Origin: the human T2T-CHM13v2.0 reference genome, Homo sapiens
Assembly (NCBI RefSeq): GCF_009914755.1
Contig: NC_060926.1
Strand: one strand, 5' to 3'
Length of the DNA: 64,000 bases
The position numbers and the translations under genes are program-made. Of the stretch, positions 1 through 13,038 are shown one piece after another. Position 1 is the stretch's first letter. Each line of letters starts with the position of its first letter. A model generated the notes under the pieces. That model did not search any database. It was not told where the DNA came from and saw only the letters and a program-made list of their open reading frames with translations.

Positions 1-14
1 TTGGTGAATATATA

Positions 15-190
15 TTTTCATTTATCTTGGATAAATATTGAGGATTAGAATTGCTAGGTCATATGTTAAGGGTATGTTTAACTTCGTAAATAACTGCCAA
101 ATTATTTTCCAAAGCAGTTGTGCTATTTTATGCTAACCAATGTATAAAAATTTATTTGCTATCTATCTTTGCCAACACTTAGTATTTTAT
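15..190 (-). mobile_element. Old L1M (L1MC/ME-type) 3' fragment
   Basis: Degenerate antisense L1 3' motifs: gaattgctaggtcatatg, aactgccaaattattttccaaagcagttg, gccaacactt. Confidence 0.65.
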
Positions 191-195
191 CTATT

Positions 196-242
196 GTATT
201 AGCCAGGGTTCTCCAAAGAAACAGACCAATAGGAGATCAGAT

Positions 243-293
<51 letters not shown>

Positions 294-392
294 TTTCAAA
301 CTATATATATTGTATGTACGTTGTATGTGTAAGTTATAAGTTATAAAAGGAATTGGCTCATGCAATTATGGAGGATGAGAAGTCCTGAGATC
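196..392. mobile_element. MLT2-type (ERVL) LTR fragment containing a GATA repeat
   Basis: tgtattagccagggttctccaaagaaacagaccaatagga ... aggaattggctcatgcaattatggagg. Confidence 0.75.
243..293. repeat. (GATA)n tetranucleotide microsatellite
   Basis: About 12 perfect GATA units seen directly. Confidence 0.97.
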
Positions 393-769
393 ATGGACAG
401 ATTTTCCAGGCTGGGCATTATATGGGTTCAGTATTAAATAAAACTTTGAAAGTTTCAAATATCTGCATGATTTTCTTCATATTTGAAGGCTTTACAACTT
501 TCAGGTGTATGCACTGAAACATTTCAGAGTAGTTTCATTCTTTTAGGCATTTAGGATGATAAATATGATCATTTAAATTTTTTCCCACAATTTTTTATTG
601 ATATATTTTCGGGGTATATTGAGTATTTAATTTTGTGAATAGGATTTTCCATACACTGGAATTTTTCCATAAATGGGCACCTGTATGCCAAGAACTGTTC
701 AAAGTGCCTGATGATTTTTAAATTATTTAATCATTTAATCATCATAACTATAGGATGTAGTTACCAATA

Positions 770-870
770 CTACCCGTATTTTACAACTGTCTGTGGCACA
801 GAGAGAAATGAATAACTTGTTCATGTTTGCAGAGCTTGTAAGTAAAAGAGCTGGGAATAGAACCCAAACA
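770..870 (-). mobile_element. MIR fragment
   Basis: cccgtattttaca...ggcacagagagaaatgaataacttg...agagctgggaatagaaccca core. Confidence 0.6.
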
Positions 871-1601
871 GAATATTGTTTCTTCTTGGGTTCTATTGTA
901 ATTCTAATCCAATTCTGGATTTTCAAAAATCATCTTTGATTAATATACCTGGGGCTTAATCTGTAATATATTTGGTCTTTGTCCTAGGTTCTACAGGGGT
1001 CTTTGTTCCCATCTACATTCTTGACCACTACGCTATATTGCCTCTCTAGAGAGTGATATGTTTTCTCTTCCTATGGGGTTTTAATTTCTGAAATTAAAAA
1101 ATGGCTAATATAAGACATTGCACCTAGCTGGGTGTATGATAGGCCTTGGGGAGGGGCCAATAAGATCCTCACATATTTTTTATTATACCCTTACAGGAAA
1201 ATATTCACTTTTCCCAAAGCAAAATACACTATCATTTAGACACTATAATTTCTAGATATTGTAGAAATAGAAGAAAAATCAAAAAGCTATTTTTCCTACT
1301 CTGTACTCACTACTCACACACTCAATACAACACTTCTGGCTCCAGATGTATGGGATTTCTTTCTCACACACACTGTGTGAGAAAACAATCAATCCTGCAG
1401 TAGACTCTCCAGCAGACACCATCTGGCTGTCCTTTAATTCCATTCTGACACTACCTACCTGGAGATGATGTCAAATCCTGAAGGTTGCGAGCTCAGTCCC
1501 ACAAGATTATGCCCACTTCAGATGTCAGTTGAAAGCCCCAGGTTGTTACCTATGCTTCTGAATGACCACTGGGTTCTCACAACCCCCTCCTCAGGGCTTG
1601 A

Positions 1602-1968
<367 letters not shown>

Positions 1969-2125
1969 GAGGTAGCCGCCGCAGGTCGCTTCAGCTGTGA
2001 AGCCCGGTAGGAGCCCTCTGGGTGTAGCCCTGCCTGCCGGGTGGAGCCCCGCGGGTTGCCGCTGCCGCTGCCATGAAGAAGCAGTTCAACCTCATGAAGC
2101 AGGTGGCCAACCTGACCATGGGCGG
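1969..2125 (+). pseudogene. ARHGAP17: Retrocopied 5'UTR and first coding exon of ARHGAP17 (RICH1)-like gene
   Basis: GC-rich leader and Kozak gctgccATG at 2073 encoding [17 protein letters not shown], versus the recalled ARHGAP17 N-terminus MKKQFNRMKQLANQTVG; similarity stops after 53 coding nt. The symbol denotes the parent gene. Confidence 0.85.
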
Positions 2126-2240
2126 CCTTTCAACCCAGCTCCTGCACCCAGCGGAGGTGCAGATGCGGGAAAAGCCTCTGCAGCAGCATTTGACAGATGA
2201 TGCCCCAACCCATCAGGTCCAAGTCCAACCAGGTTCCTAA
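2073..2240 (+). CDS. Intact 55-aa chimeric s[58 protein letters not shown]; translation unproven
   Basis: Translated by hand: ATG 2073 to TAA 2238-2240; below the 60-aa cutoff of the ORF track. Confidence 0.25.
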
Positions 2241-2259
2241 GAAACACAGCAGAGGAGCA

Positions 2260-3115
2260 GGGATTGGCATCTGCTCACTCTTTGATCTATTTGATTTCAG
2301 GTGGTTTGGTTTATGCGGATCCTGGGTAAGAAGAATACTCCAAACTTGGTGTTATCTTCCTAACAGGCATTATAATAGTCTCCCTGGTATATGTATTCTC
2401 TCAAAGGTTTTAAGTGCTTCCATGCAGCCATCTCCAGAATGTCAAATGGTCTCTCTTCAACTGAATGACAAGAGATGAAAGAAAGGTGTGACCATGAGGA
2501 CACCATAACCAATGAATGACGTGCTGAGACCAGAAATCCAAAATCATGGTAACTGAGAGTAGCACAAAGGCTCTAAGTTTTGGTCACACTCTTACCTAAA
2601 TGAGAACCTGACCAAAAGGGAAGTTTTTTTAAACAAAATTATGGGAGGCCATTGTTTTGGACTGAGCTCATGAGCTGGGACCCAATAGACCAAACCAAAC
2701 CAAAATGGAGTCCCTCGTGCTAAGACTTTAAGGAAACACATAGATCCTAGAACAGACCACAGACCAGGTTTTGTTTTTCTTCCTCAAATCTCTATAACAA
2801 ACATTCCTCACAGCATAGGTATCCACCCTGTGAGGTTCCCATTAAATCTTTTAACCAAATTCATTTCCTCTCACCTAGAGATCATCAAGCTTCAGGACAT
2901 GCTACAAGGGTTCCAGCCAGTACCAGGTGGAGACACCACCCCTGGCCATCAAGGAGCTACCCTTCCTCCACAAGACAGAGCAGGACAAATGTTCCATGAT
3001 CCCCAGTAGGTAGGGACTACACCCCAAGCCAGCATGAAGCAGTTACGGAAGAAAGACCATCAGTCTCTCCACCTGCCATAAAGATTTACTGGAATCCCGT
3101 CTTTCAGGGAGGAAA
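2260..3115 (+). mobile_element. ERV1 (MER4-group/MER51-int-like) env C-terminus and 3'UTR with polypurine tract
   Basis: Degenerate env TM/cytoplasmic tail (WFGLCGSWVRRILQT...ILSKVLSASMQPSPECQMVSLQL); PPT agggaggaaa 3106-3115 directly before the LTR TG. Confidence 0.75.
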
Positions 3116-3440
3116 TGAGGCAGGAGAACAGGACTTGGAGGCAGGGAGCCTGAGGACTTCCCAGAACCAAATCAAATGGAAACACTTCAGCTATGACAGG
3201 AAATACCCTCTCCTTTTACATAGGGCGTACACCGAATAAATGACTTTGTAACTTCACCCTTTTCATTTATGTAGGGCGTACACCAAGTAACCAGTGGAAA
3301 CCTCTAGAGGGTATTTAAACCCCAGGAAACTCTGTAACTTGGCCCTTGAGCCACTTGCTTGGACCCACTTCCACCCTGTGGCGTGCGCTTTCATTTTCAA
3401 CAAATCTCTGCTTTTGTTGCTTTGCTCTTTCAAAAAAAAA
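3116..3440 (+). mobile_element. MER51-type 3' LTR (U3-R only) ending in a poly(A) tail
   Basis: Starts tgaggcaggagaacagg; TATA-like tatttaaa at 3312; degenerate PAS aacaaa 3399-3404; A9 at 3432-3440; U5 absent. Confidence 0.8.
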
Positions 3441-6400
3441 GAATATTACAAAGGAAACAGGTGAACAGCAGATGGAAGAGATGCACTGGGCAAGGCATGT
3501 GGGAAGGGGTGTGCAGCTTCCATGCCTTCTCTGGGCATGCTACCTTCTAGGAACCTCCACATGTTCAATTATCCAGAAGCTCCTCAAATCTCATCCAAGA
3601 ATTTTTATAGAGCTTTATCTTTGGCTCTCTCCCTCCTTTCCCCACCCTAAGTCACCTCATTAGGATAAACTCAGGTGTGACCAAAAGGTCTTGAAACAAA
3701 AGACACTTTTATTACTCAGGAAATTCTAAGAGTTTTAGGAACTTTGTACAAGAACCAAATATTATAACAAAAGATGCTCCTGTCACTCTTATCACTCAAA
3801 AAACAACAAGGGTTTAGAAGGTCTATATCAGGAAACGAGGACAAAAACCATACACATTTCACATTAAACCACAGGTAAATTAATCAAAGATTATTTTTTG
3901 AAAATCCAGAATTGGCATCAGACAAACAATAATTCAAAAAATTTGGAGGGGCTTCCAGATGGCTAACTGAAGGCATCTGGTACTCACCTCCTCCACAAAG
4001 AAGAACCGAAATAGCAAGCAGATAATCACACTTCAAATAGATCATCTAAGAGAGAACACTGAAATTCAACAGAAAAGTGACAAGAAACATCTAAGCAAGG
4101 AAGGAGAGGAAAGTGAGGCAGCCTTCTCCGCCAGGATCAGCTGGGAGCCTGGAGGGGCTCCCGAATGCAGAGAAAGGGTAAGCGAAATACACCCTGAAGT
4201 TCACATCCCCACCGTGAACTCCTGTAATCCTAGCCATAGGAGACCCCCTCAGCCCACACAGGCCCTGAGACTGTACAGAGAGCCGCCTGGAGACCGAGCA
4301 ACTGCATTGCTCCAGAGAGGAGGCTCACACTGGGTCCCACCCCATGCCCAGTCCTAAGCAACTACAGAAAGGTGCCATATTGACAGCCCAGTCCCCACCA
4401 GACTGCTTCCTGCCCAGGGGCCCAACAGCCCCTGCCTGTTCACATCCTTGGAGCCACATTGACATATCCCACCCACTAGCACTGCTGTATTAGGGCTGAA
4501 ACACAAGTCATTGACAAAGACCCCACTCCCGCCAGCAGCAAAGTTGCTGTGCATTTTCACAGACCTGAACACAAACTCTCACACCCTCAGCTGCCACCAC
4601 TGTGGGCTGCTGCTACCAAGGCCAAAGTGCTAGCAAAGACGGCACTCCCCAGCTACCTGTATGGCTGCTGCCACTGAAAGCAACCCCATCCTCCCAAGTA
4701 GCAGGCTGAAGCACAGCCACTGCCACACCCAACCAAAGCACTCCACTGAGGGCTTAGGGATCACCCAACCCCGGCCTACCACAGCCAGAGCCTGCATGCA
4801 CCACTATGGGATTTGAGGACAGGTCCATCCAGTCTGGCTCTATCCCCTGTGCCCCAGTGCATAGGATTGCTGTCTGGAGGCCTGGAGGCTGCCCAGCCCA
4901 GTCCACCACCATTGGCACCTGAGCATTTATCCCAGGGGCCTGAGGTCTGGCCTACCCAACTTGCCACTACAACCACAGTTGGCACCCACCCACATGTACC
5001 GCCTGTGAGCCTGGAAACTGGCCTGTCAAACCTATTGCAGCCACCACCAACACCAGCACAAACCACTTGGAAGCCAGAGTGTTGTCCTGCCAATGCTACT
5101 ACCATCACCCACGCCATGCCAACTGCCCACAGGACTGAAAACATGCCCACCTGGCCAGCCCACTGCTGCCACTTCCAGCACCTGAGCAAGCTGCCTAGAG
5201 GCCTAAGAATTGGCCTGCCTGGACCTGCTAACACCAGTGCCATGTACACTGCCTTGGGGCCCAAGGACAAGTACACTTGGCCTACAGCTGCCACCATTAG
5301 GGCTCAAAGATAGGTCCACCTAGCATTTCCATTCCCAGCAAAACTTCACCACTGCCTCCACTAATAACCACACCATAAGCCACTAGGGAAATCACAGACA
5401 CCACTGACGTTGAAGAAATCATGCAGAGACTACACTACTGCACACACCCAGAATCAAGGCCAAAGTGCTGTACCCAACCAACACCATAGATACATCTTCA
5501 GAAAAAAGTTTTCTCCTAAGAAAGCAAATTCAACAGGTTAGAAGAAACAACTGTAATACCAGATATGCGGATACATGAAAAAGCAAGGAAATATGACACC
5601 TCCAAAAAAACACAGTAATTATCATAAAAGACATGTACAAAATCCTGGAAAAAGAATTCACAATAATGATACTAAAGAAGCTAAATGAAATATAAGAGAA
5701 TACAGAAAAACCATACAAAAAAATCAGTAAAACAATTCATGATATGAATGAGAAATTTACCCAAGAAATAGATATCATTAAAAAAAAAACCAAACTAGAA
5801 TGAAATACAAAATACATTTGAAAGCTTCAGTAATAGACTAGATCAAGCAGAAGAAAAAAAAAAGAAATTCTAGAACTGCATAATTTATTAAATGAAATAC
5901 AAAATACATTTGAAAGCTTCAATAATAGATTAGATCAAGCAGAAGAAAAAAAAAACAGAATTTAAAGATGGTCTTTTGAAATAAGCCAGACAGAAATAAA
6001 GAACTTAAAAATAAAGAATTAAAAAGAATGAACAAAGCCTACATGAAAAACGGGAGACACCATAAAACAGGCAAATATTTGAATTTTCAATGTCTCACAA
6101 GGCAAAGAGAAAACAAAAGGGACAGAAAATCTATTTAACAAAATAATAGCTGAAAACTACCCAAGTTTAGCAAGAGATTTAGACATCCAGGTAGGGGAAG
6201 CTCAGAGATCTCCAATTAAATACAATTCAAAAAGATCTCCTCCATGGTACATTATAGTTAAATTGTCAAAAGTAAAAGACATATAGAGAATTCTAAAAAC
6301 AACAAGAGAAAGGTGTGTCGTTACTTACGAGGGACCTCCCATCACACTAACAGGGCATTTCTCAGCAGAAATCTTACAGGACACAAGAGAATGGATTAAT

Positions 6401-7015
6401 ATATTCAAAGTGCTGGAAAAAAAAAACCAAACCAGACTGTCACAGATAGTATACCCAGCAACATTATCCTTCATAAATAAAGAAGAAATAAAGTCTTTCC
6501 AAGACAAGCAAAAGCTGAAGAAATTCATCACCCCATATCAGTCCTTCAAGAAATGCTTAGTGGAGCCCTATGTCTGAAAAAAAAAAAAAGGGTGATATCT
6601 ACCATCATGCAAACACTTGAAAGTATAAAACCCACTGGTACAGCAGATACAGAAATAAGAAAAAGAAAGGACACAAACATCCCCAATACAGAAAATCACC
6701 AAGCCACTATGATAAATAATAAGAGAGAAAGACAGGAACAAAGGATATACAAAACAGCCAGAAATCACTTAGTAAAATGACAGGAATAAGCTCTCATATA
6801 ACAATATCAACCTTGAATCTAAACAGATTAAACTTTCTACTTAAAAGATATAGACTGTCTAAATGAATTTTTAAAAATATGACTCAACTGTATGCTGCCT
6901 ACAAGAAACATCTCACCTGTAAAGACACACATAGACTGAAAATACAGGGACAGAAAAAGATATTTCATACAAATGAAAACCAAAAGTAAGCAGGAGTAGC
7001 TATGTTTATATAAGA

Positions 7016-7394
7016 TGTATTAGTCCGTTCTCACACTGCTATGAAGAAATACCCAAGACTGAGTAATTTATATAGGAAAGAGGTTTAATTGACTCATGGT
7101 TCCACATTGCTGGGGAGACCTCAGGAAACTTACAGTCATAGTAGAAGGCAAAGGAGAAGCAGATACCTTGTTCACAGGGCAGCAGAATGGAGTGAGTGCA
7201 AGCAAAGCAAATGCCAGATGCTTATAAAACCATCAGATCTCGTAAGAACTAACTCACTATCACAAGAACAGCATTAGGGAAACTGCCCCCATGATCCAAT
7301 TACCTCCACCTGGTCCCACCCTTGACAAATGGGGATTATGGAGATTACAATTCAAGGTGAGAAGTGGGTGGGGACACAGAGCCAAATCATACAA
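7016..7394 (-). mobile_element. THE1D/MSTA-type MaLR solo LTR inserted in the L1
   Basis: tgtattagtccgttctcacactgctatgaagaaatacc ... gggacacagagccaaatcatac; 5-bp TSD taaga/tcaga. Confidence 0.9.
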
Positions 7395-7675
7395 TCAGAT
7401 AAAACAGACTTTATGTCAAAAACAGTAGAAAGAGACAAAGAAGAGATAACAGAAGGTTGGTTAATAAATAACGAGCATACAATTAGAAGGAATAAGTTCT
7501 AATGTTCAATAGCAGAGTAGGGTGACTATAGTTAACAACAATGTATTGTATTAGCTATTAGCTAGAAGAGGGGACTTGAAATGTTCCCAACACATAGAAA
7601 TTATTAATACTCAAAGTGATGGATACCCCAAATACCCTGATTTGATCATTACACAATATGCATGTAACAAATTAT

Positions 7676-7969
7676 GGCCAAGCATGGTGGTTCACACCTG
7701 TAATCCCAGCACTTTGGGAGGTCAAGGTGGGAGGATCACCAAGCCCAGGAGTTTGAGACCAACCTGGGCAACAGAGCAAGACCTTGTCTCTACAAAAAGA
7801 TACAAGAACTAGCAGGCATGATGGTGTGTGCCTATAGTCCAAGCTACTCAGGAGGTTGAGGCAGGAGGATCTCTTGAGCCCAAGAAGGTCAAGGCTATAG
7901 TGAGCCAAGATCATGCCACTGCACTCCAGCCTGGGTGACAGAGTGAGATCCTGTCTCAGGGGAAAAAAA
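7676..7969 (+). mobile_element. AluJ in the L1 3' end
   Basis: Dimeric Alu with J-type gagcccaagaaggtcaaggctatagtg. Confidence 0.9.
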
Positions 7970-9607
7970 ATCATCACATGTATTCTATAAATATGTACAA
8001 ATATTTGTATCAATAAAAAATAAATAATCCAAAAAAAAGTAATGTCATTAATGATCTAATATCATCAATTTTAGGGTCTTTTTTTCTGTTCAACATTTTT
8101 AATAGAATTTTGTAACGCCAAAACAATCAACTTTCACATAACTAGACAGAAAACCACCTTATACTTAACTAGTAGGTGTCATAAATTGTTCTCTATTTCT
8201 GATTTTGATGAAGAGACTTGTCTGATTGCCATTCTCTATATGATAACTTCATATACCTGAAGTTGGTAATTAAGTTTCTCCTGAAGCCTTAATAATCATG
8301 ATTCTTGAAACTTCCTTTATAAACTCCAATTCCCAAATCTTTAGTCAGTTACTTTGTTATGGGTTCTTGCCAAGTTATCCTCACTTTTTCATGTCTTTTA
8401 AAAATTGTTGAGATCCAAATTGGACACGTTCCACTGTTTATTATTAAAATGTCTTTATCATTTTATCACTCCCTCTTGTGAGTATTGGTTTTGGAGTCAG
8501 GAAATGTAGCATCTACTCCCCTCGTTCCAATTTATTAGCTGTTTTGTATTGTGTAAGTCATCTAATTTATCTTTATCCTGGTTTGCTTACATGTAGGTCA
8601 TAGGAATTGGACTAGAATATATTTGTTGTCTCTAGATGGTATAATTTTCTGATTTCCTTCAGTGAAACACAAACATTTAACGGATATCTGTGTAGAACTA
8701 ACTTTTTTGCATTCCCTTCTGAAAGCTTTTTTTTTCTTCACAAAGCAAATTCTTCTTCATTTATCCCCAGAGAGCTCAGCGTACTTATTTTTTTCAGCTT
8801 GTCAAAGTCATTCAGAATTATAGTTTTCCATTAGGTGAGAGATTCACTTAAAATATCTGTCCTTCAATTGCAACATGCAGTATCTGGGGTTGGGGAGGAC
8901 TAAAATATTCCTATGTGTATTCAATCAGTTTCAAAATTTTTTATAAGATAAACTAGTATGTTAACACTTAGTTTCATAAATGAAAGGTTTATCAAGAGAA
9001 GAAATAGGTCAAAAGGTTAGATTAATCAATCTTTACTGTTCCTCTTCCATTTTCTCCCTTTCAATAATATTTATTTAACATCCTCATTTACTGGGCGAGG
9101 TGCTGTGCCAATAAAGCATAACAGATGTATTTCTTACCCTTGAAGAACTCAGATACAAAAATAGGTATCATTGAAGTAAGGAAAAGGGTAAGAAATAGAC
9201 TTAAAATATGCAGAGAATAGATGACTCTTTTAAAGTATATGTACTTTTACCAATATCTGTTGATTGGGCTCTAGCAGTAAAAGGGTCTTCATCTCCAAGG
9301 CTGACAGACCTCATGGACTTGGGCAATAATAGCTTCTGCCTCACTCAGCTCCATATGACTTTCAGGAAAGATCTTTTCTGGAAATAGACACTATTTTTAT
9401 TCTTTTACCGCTACTGTTTTCTCACACCTATCTCCTCTCTATTTCCTTTTTTATCCTCCTCCCCCCGCACCCTCCCCAATATACTTACTACCCTACTTTG
9501 TATATGGATAATCCAGTTCAAGTACTTCATGTACAGTCAGCTCCATACTCTCCTTGCCAACTGGGTTTCCAAAATCAGTATCAACTTTTTTCTTAAAATT
9601 ACTCTCA

Positions 9608-9794
9608 GGTTGGGGGCAGGGGGAGGGAGGGCATTAGGACAAATACCTAATGCATGCATGGCTTAAAACCTAGATGACAGGTTGACAGATGCAGCAAACC
9701 ACCAGGGCACATGTATATCTATGTAACGAACCTGCATGCTCTGCACATGTATCCCAGAACTTAAAGAAAAATTTTTTTAAAAAAAGAAAAAAAA
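9608..9794 (+). mobile_element. 5'-truncated L1PA 3' end
   Basis: ggcattaggacaaatacctaatgcatg...gtatcccagaacttaaag plus A-tail; TSD aaaattactctca/aaaatactctca. Confidence 0.9.
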
Positions 9795-12050
9795 TACTCT
9801 CAAATTCTTTCTTCCTATGATAAAGCCGTCCTGAGAAATAATAATATCAATCAAGTGTAACATCTTTCTGTAAGGAGGCTGAGAGTCGTTAGTTGCTGGA
9901 GTGAGGTATAGATATTCTTAACTTGCGGTCACATAGTGGAAGAAAGGTCATGGAAACTACAAAGGAAGAGTTGGAAAGTTCCTGGTAGGACTTAAATGGA
10001 AAGAGATAAATCTTAGAAATATTCCAGCAATATTTGAGAAAATGCAGTGTCCTAAGGGGTAGATGCAATGGAGGAAAGGAAGAATAGAATAAGCAGTCTG
10101 TGGATATCCTGATGTTCTCATTTGTAACACTAGATAAGGTACTGGACAGTTAAGAGAAACAGCAACAGTCGAACTTTCATGAGAGGGATTTGATGGTTAA
10201 ATCATTAGTCACTAACTCACTCTTGATGCAAACATAAACATCCAGCCTTCATTCCTTTTTAAAATATGGCTAATGGTGTTCCCCTACTGAGGGAACATCA
10301 AAAATAACAATAAAAATCATTGAAAAGTTACTAGTAAAATGTCCCTTAAATAATATCTTTTCTTTCCTGAATTTTTTCCAAGCTTTATTCAATTTTTTAT
10401 AGATTTAACATGTGTTGTTTAACTCAGGCAGAATACAGCTATCCTATTTAGATACCTAAAGAATTTTTTCCTTTGTCAATTGAAAAATATTATTCATGCC
10501 TATAAAGTTCTAATAGTGATCATCATAATATAAAATAAGATTTGTGCTTTTCTTCTTTTTCAAATAAAATGATATACAAGGGAAAACTAGTCATGAAAAT
10601 GGCAGTGAACACAAACATGATAATGGGGAGATGCTGAATCAGGTAAACCACAATATTCGATATAAACCAAATCATTTAAGAATTCCTTTTCCAGAAACGG
10701 ATGCATTTAAATTGCTATTTAGGTGCTCTTACACATTGCTGTTTATAGGGTATGGTTAAATCCACTATTCATTTAGTAACAGTTCAGTTGGTAACGGTGT
10801 TAATGAACAAGGTATAATTTGGGCCATTTATTTAAGCCCTACAAGTACTTCCAAGCAAGGAAAAAGGATCTTCCTCTCTGCAGGGGCCCATAGGTAGAAA
10901 AATACTGATTTTATATGGATTCTGGTGACAATGTTAGAGTCAATAAAAGTTTAAAGTTAAACATCTAATGGGATTTTTTTTTATTCAGTGGAAATAAAAT
11001 TCAGTGCAGTCGTGTTCACAGGCTTTTCTTTTTTTGCTTGGTGTTTAAAAAAATGCTTCTGGAAGAGCTGAATGTTTTATTGATTAGCCAACCCAACAAT
11101 TTTTTACTATGTATAAATAATTGCTAGGTGTTTCAGCAAATTCTAGTTGTAAAAGTGACTGGAGTCAACATTATTTGGTAAATCACTATAATTCCTTACT
11201 ACACATTTTTCATATTTCAATTAACTTTTTTCCTCCACTAAGTACTAAACAATGAAATGAATGTACAGTTAGAAATAGTTTTGTCATGCCTGAACATTAC
11301 TATTTTATAAAGCACAACCATTTTTGGATACATAAGCTGGCAGTAAAATAATTGCATTTTATTTTAATTGATGCTTAAGTCTCTTTAAGACCATTATTAG
11401 CATCCTTTAGAGATGTTAAGCTAGAAAATATATTCATATTCATATAAGCTAGAAAATATATTCATATATTTAGCACTTTTCTGACACCAAGCAGTCCACT
11501 ATTGTCCTAGAGGGGTAGAGAGGTGACGAGGCCCACCAAAATGTAATTCTAGGACAGACAGTCCCAATGGTCATAGAGGATGAATATCTTAAACCATTTA
11601 ATAAAACTTCTATGGAAGAAGAAATGCTACTGAGTATCGTCATCATTTTGTAACAGCGGAGGTGGGTTTCAGACATGCTCCTTTCCTGTGTGTAAATGTG
11701 GAACATCTGTGGGAGCAAATGCCTGTGCAGGCTGTGCAAACAAAAATAGAAGGATTTCCATTTTGAAATCTCCTTCCCGGATATTGTTGGAGATGAAAAG
11801 AAAAGCAGACCAGATCCTTTTTATGGCATTTTAAGTTGGTATTTACAGTTGCTACAAAGGATAATTCTGTTTGCCCATTGTTTCAAGACAATGATCCTAT
11901 TGATGATTTTTTAATGTCCCCAAGCATGATTCACCTAAGTAGATAAAAGCAGTGATGCTTTTGGCAAAGGCATAGATTATATTACCTCTTGCTTAGTTCA
12001 AAGTCTCCATGATCACAGACCAGAAAGTAATTTGGAAAGGACGAATTCTA

Positions 12051-12260
<210 letters not shown>

Positions 12261-12726
12261 TTACTTTAAAAAATTCACTTGACTTTATTCAAGTAATAAT
12301 TAGAATATTTCAGTTAGATTTGGGTCATAACAACCTTGTCTGGTTATCACAATCTTAGACTAATTCCCTTAGTCACGCCAAGTTAATTTAGACTAAATGA
12401 TTGAAAACAATGGAGGAAAGTACTAACTACAGCATTTAGAATAATTTGATTTTTTTTCTTCTCTCAAGTGTTTATGAACCAAAGAATATATCACATGTTG
12501 GGGTTAGAAAATTTGTACATTACATAGTAATTCCACATAAGAATCAGAAGTCAGCAAATGTTCTTTTGGTCATTCTGGTTGAAGACAGATATACTAAATT
12601 ATTCTACAATTGCCAGTTGACTGTCTCATAAGTCCTGCTATGTTCTATTCACCATATCATGTAAAATAAACGTCCTTGTTTTTGGCATTTAGCAGATAAT
12701 TATTGGGGGCTTCCTTTATCCCTGAG

Positions 12727-13038
12727 ATGTAATCCCCACGTGTCAAGGAAGGGAGGTGATTGGATCATGAGGGCGGTTCCCCCAGGCTTTTCTCATGATA
12801 GTGAGTGAGTTCTCACGAGAACTGATGCTTTTATAAGCATGTAGTATTTCCCCTACTTGCCCTTCTCTCTTCTGCCACCATGTGAAGAAGGTCCTTGCTT
12901 CCTCTTCATCATCTATCATGATTGCAAGTTTAGGCCTCCTCAGCCACGTGCAACTGTGAGTCAATTAAACCTCTTTCCTTTATAAATTACCCAGTCTCGG
13001 GTATTTCTTTATTAGCAGTGTGAAAACAGACTAATACA
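12727..13038 (+). mobile_element. MSTA/THE1-type MaLR LTR (5'-incomplete)
   Basis: tgtaatccccacgtgtc...gagtcaattaaacctcttt...gactaataca. Confidence 0.85.

Larger units (their letters stand above)
3945..8025 (+). mobile_element. L1MA-type LINE with 5'UTR, decayed ORF1, start of ORF2 and 3' end; most of ORF2 deleted at about 7443
   Basis: GC-rich 5'UTR, ORF1 motifs, ORF2 start atgacaggaataag at 6778, then an abrupt jump to the 3'UTR and caataaaaaa; possible TSD aataattcaaaaaa/aataatccaaaaaa. Confidence 0.8.

Noticed and set aside
1997-2478. Track ORFs 1997-2200 and 2197-2478
   Set aside because: The first is out of frame with the ARHGAP17-like ATG at 2073; the second is frameshifted ERV env remnant
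4776-5313. Longest ORFs in the window (173 aa minus, 166 aa plus)
   Set aside because: They lie in the GC-rich L1 5'UTR, start at non-ATG codons and show no recognisable domain
11418-11468. Short tandem duplication of taagctagaaaatatattcatat
   Set aside because: Ordinary slippage duplication with no functional sign
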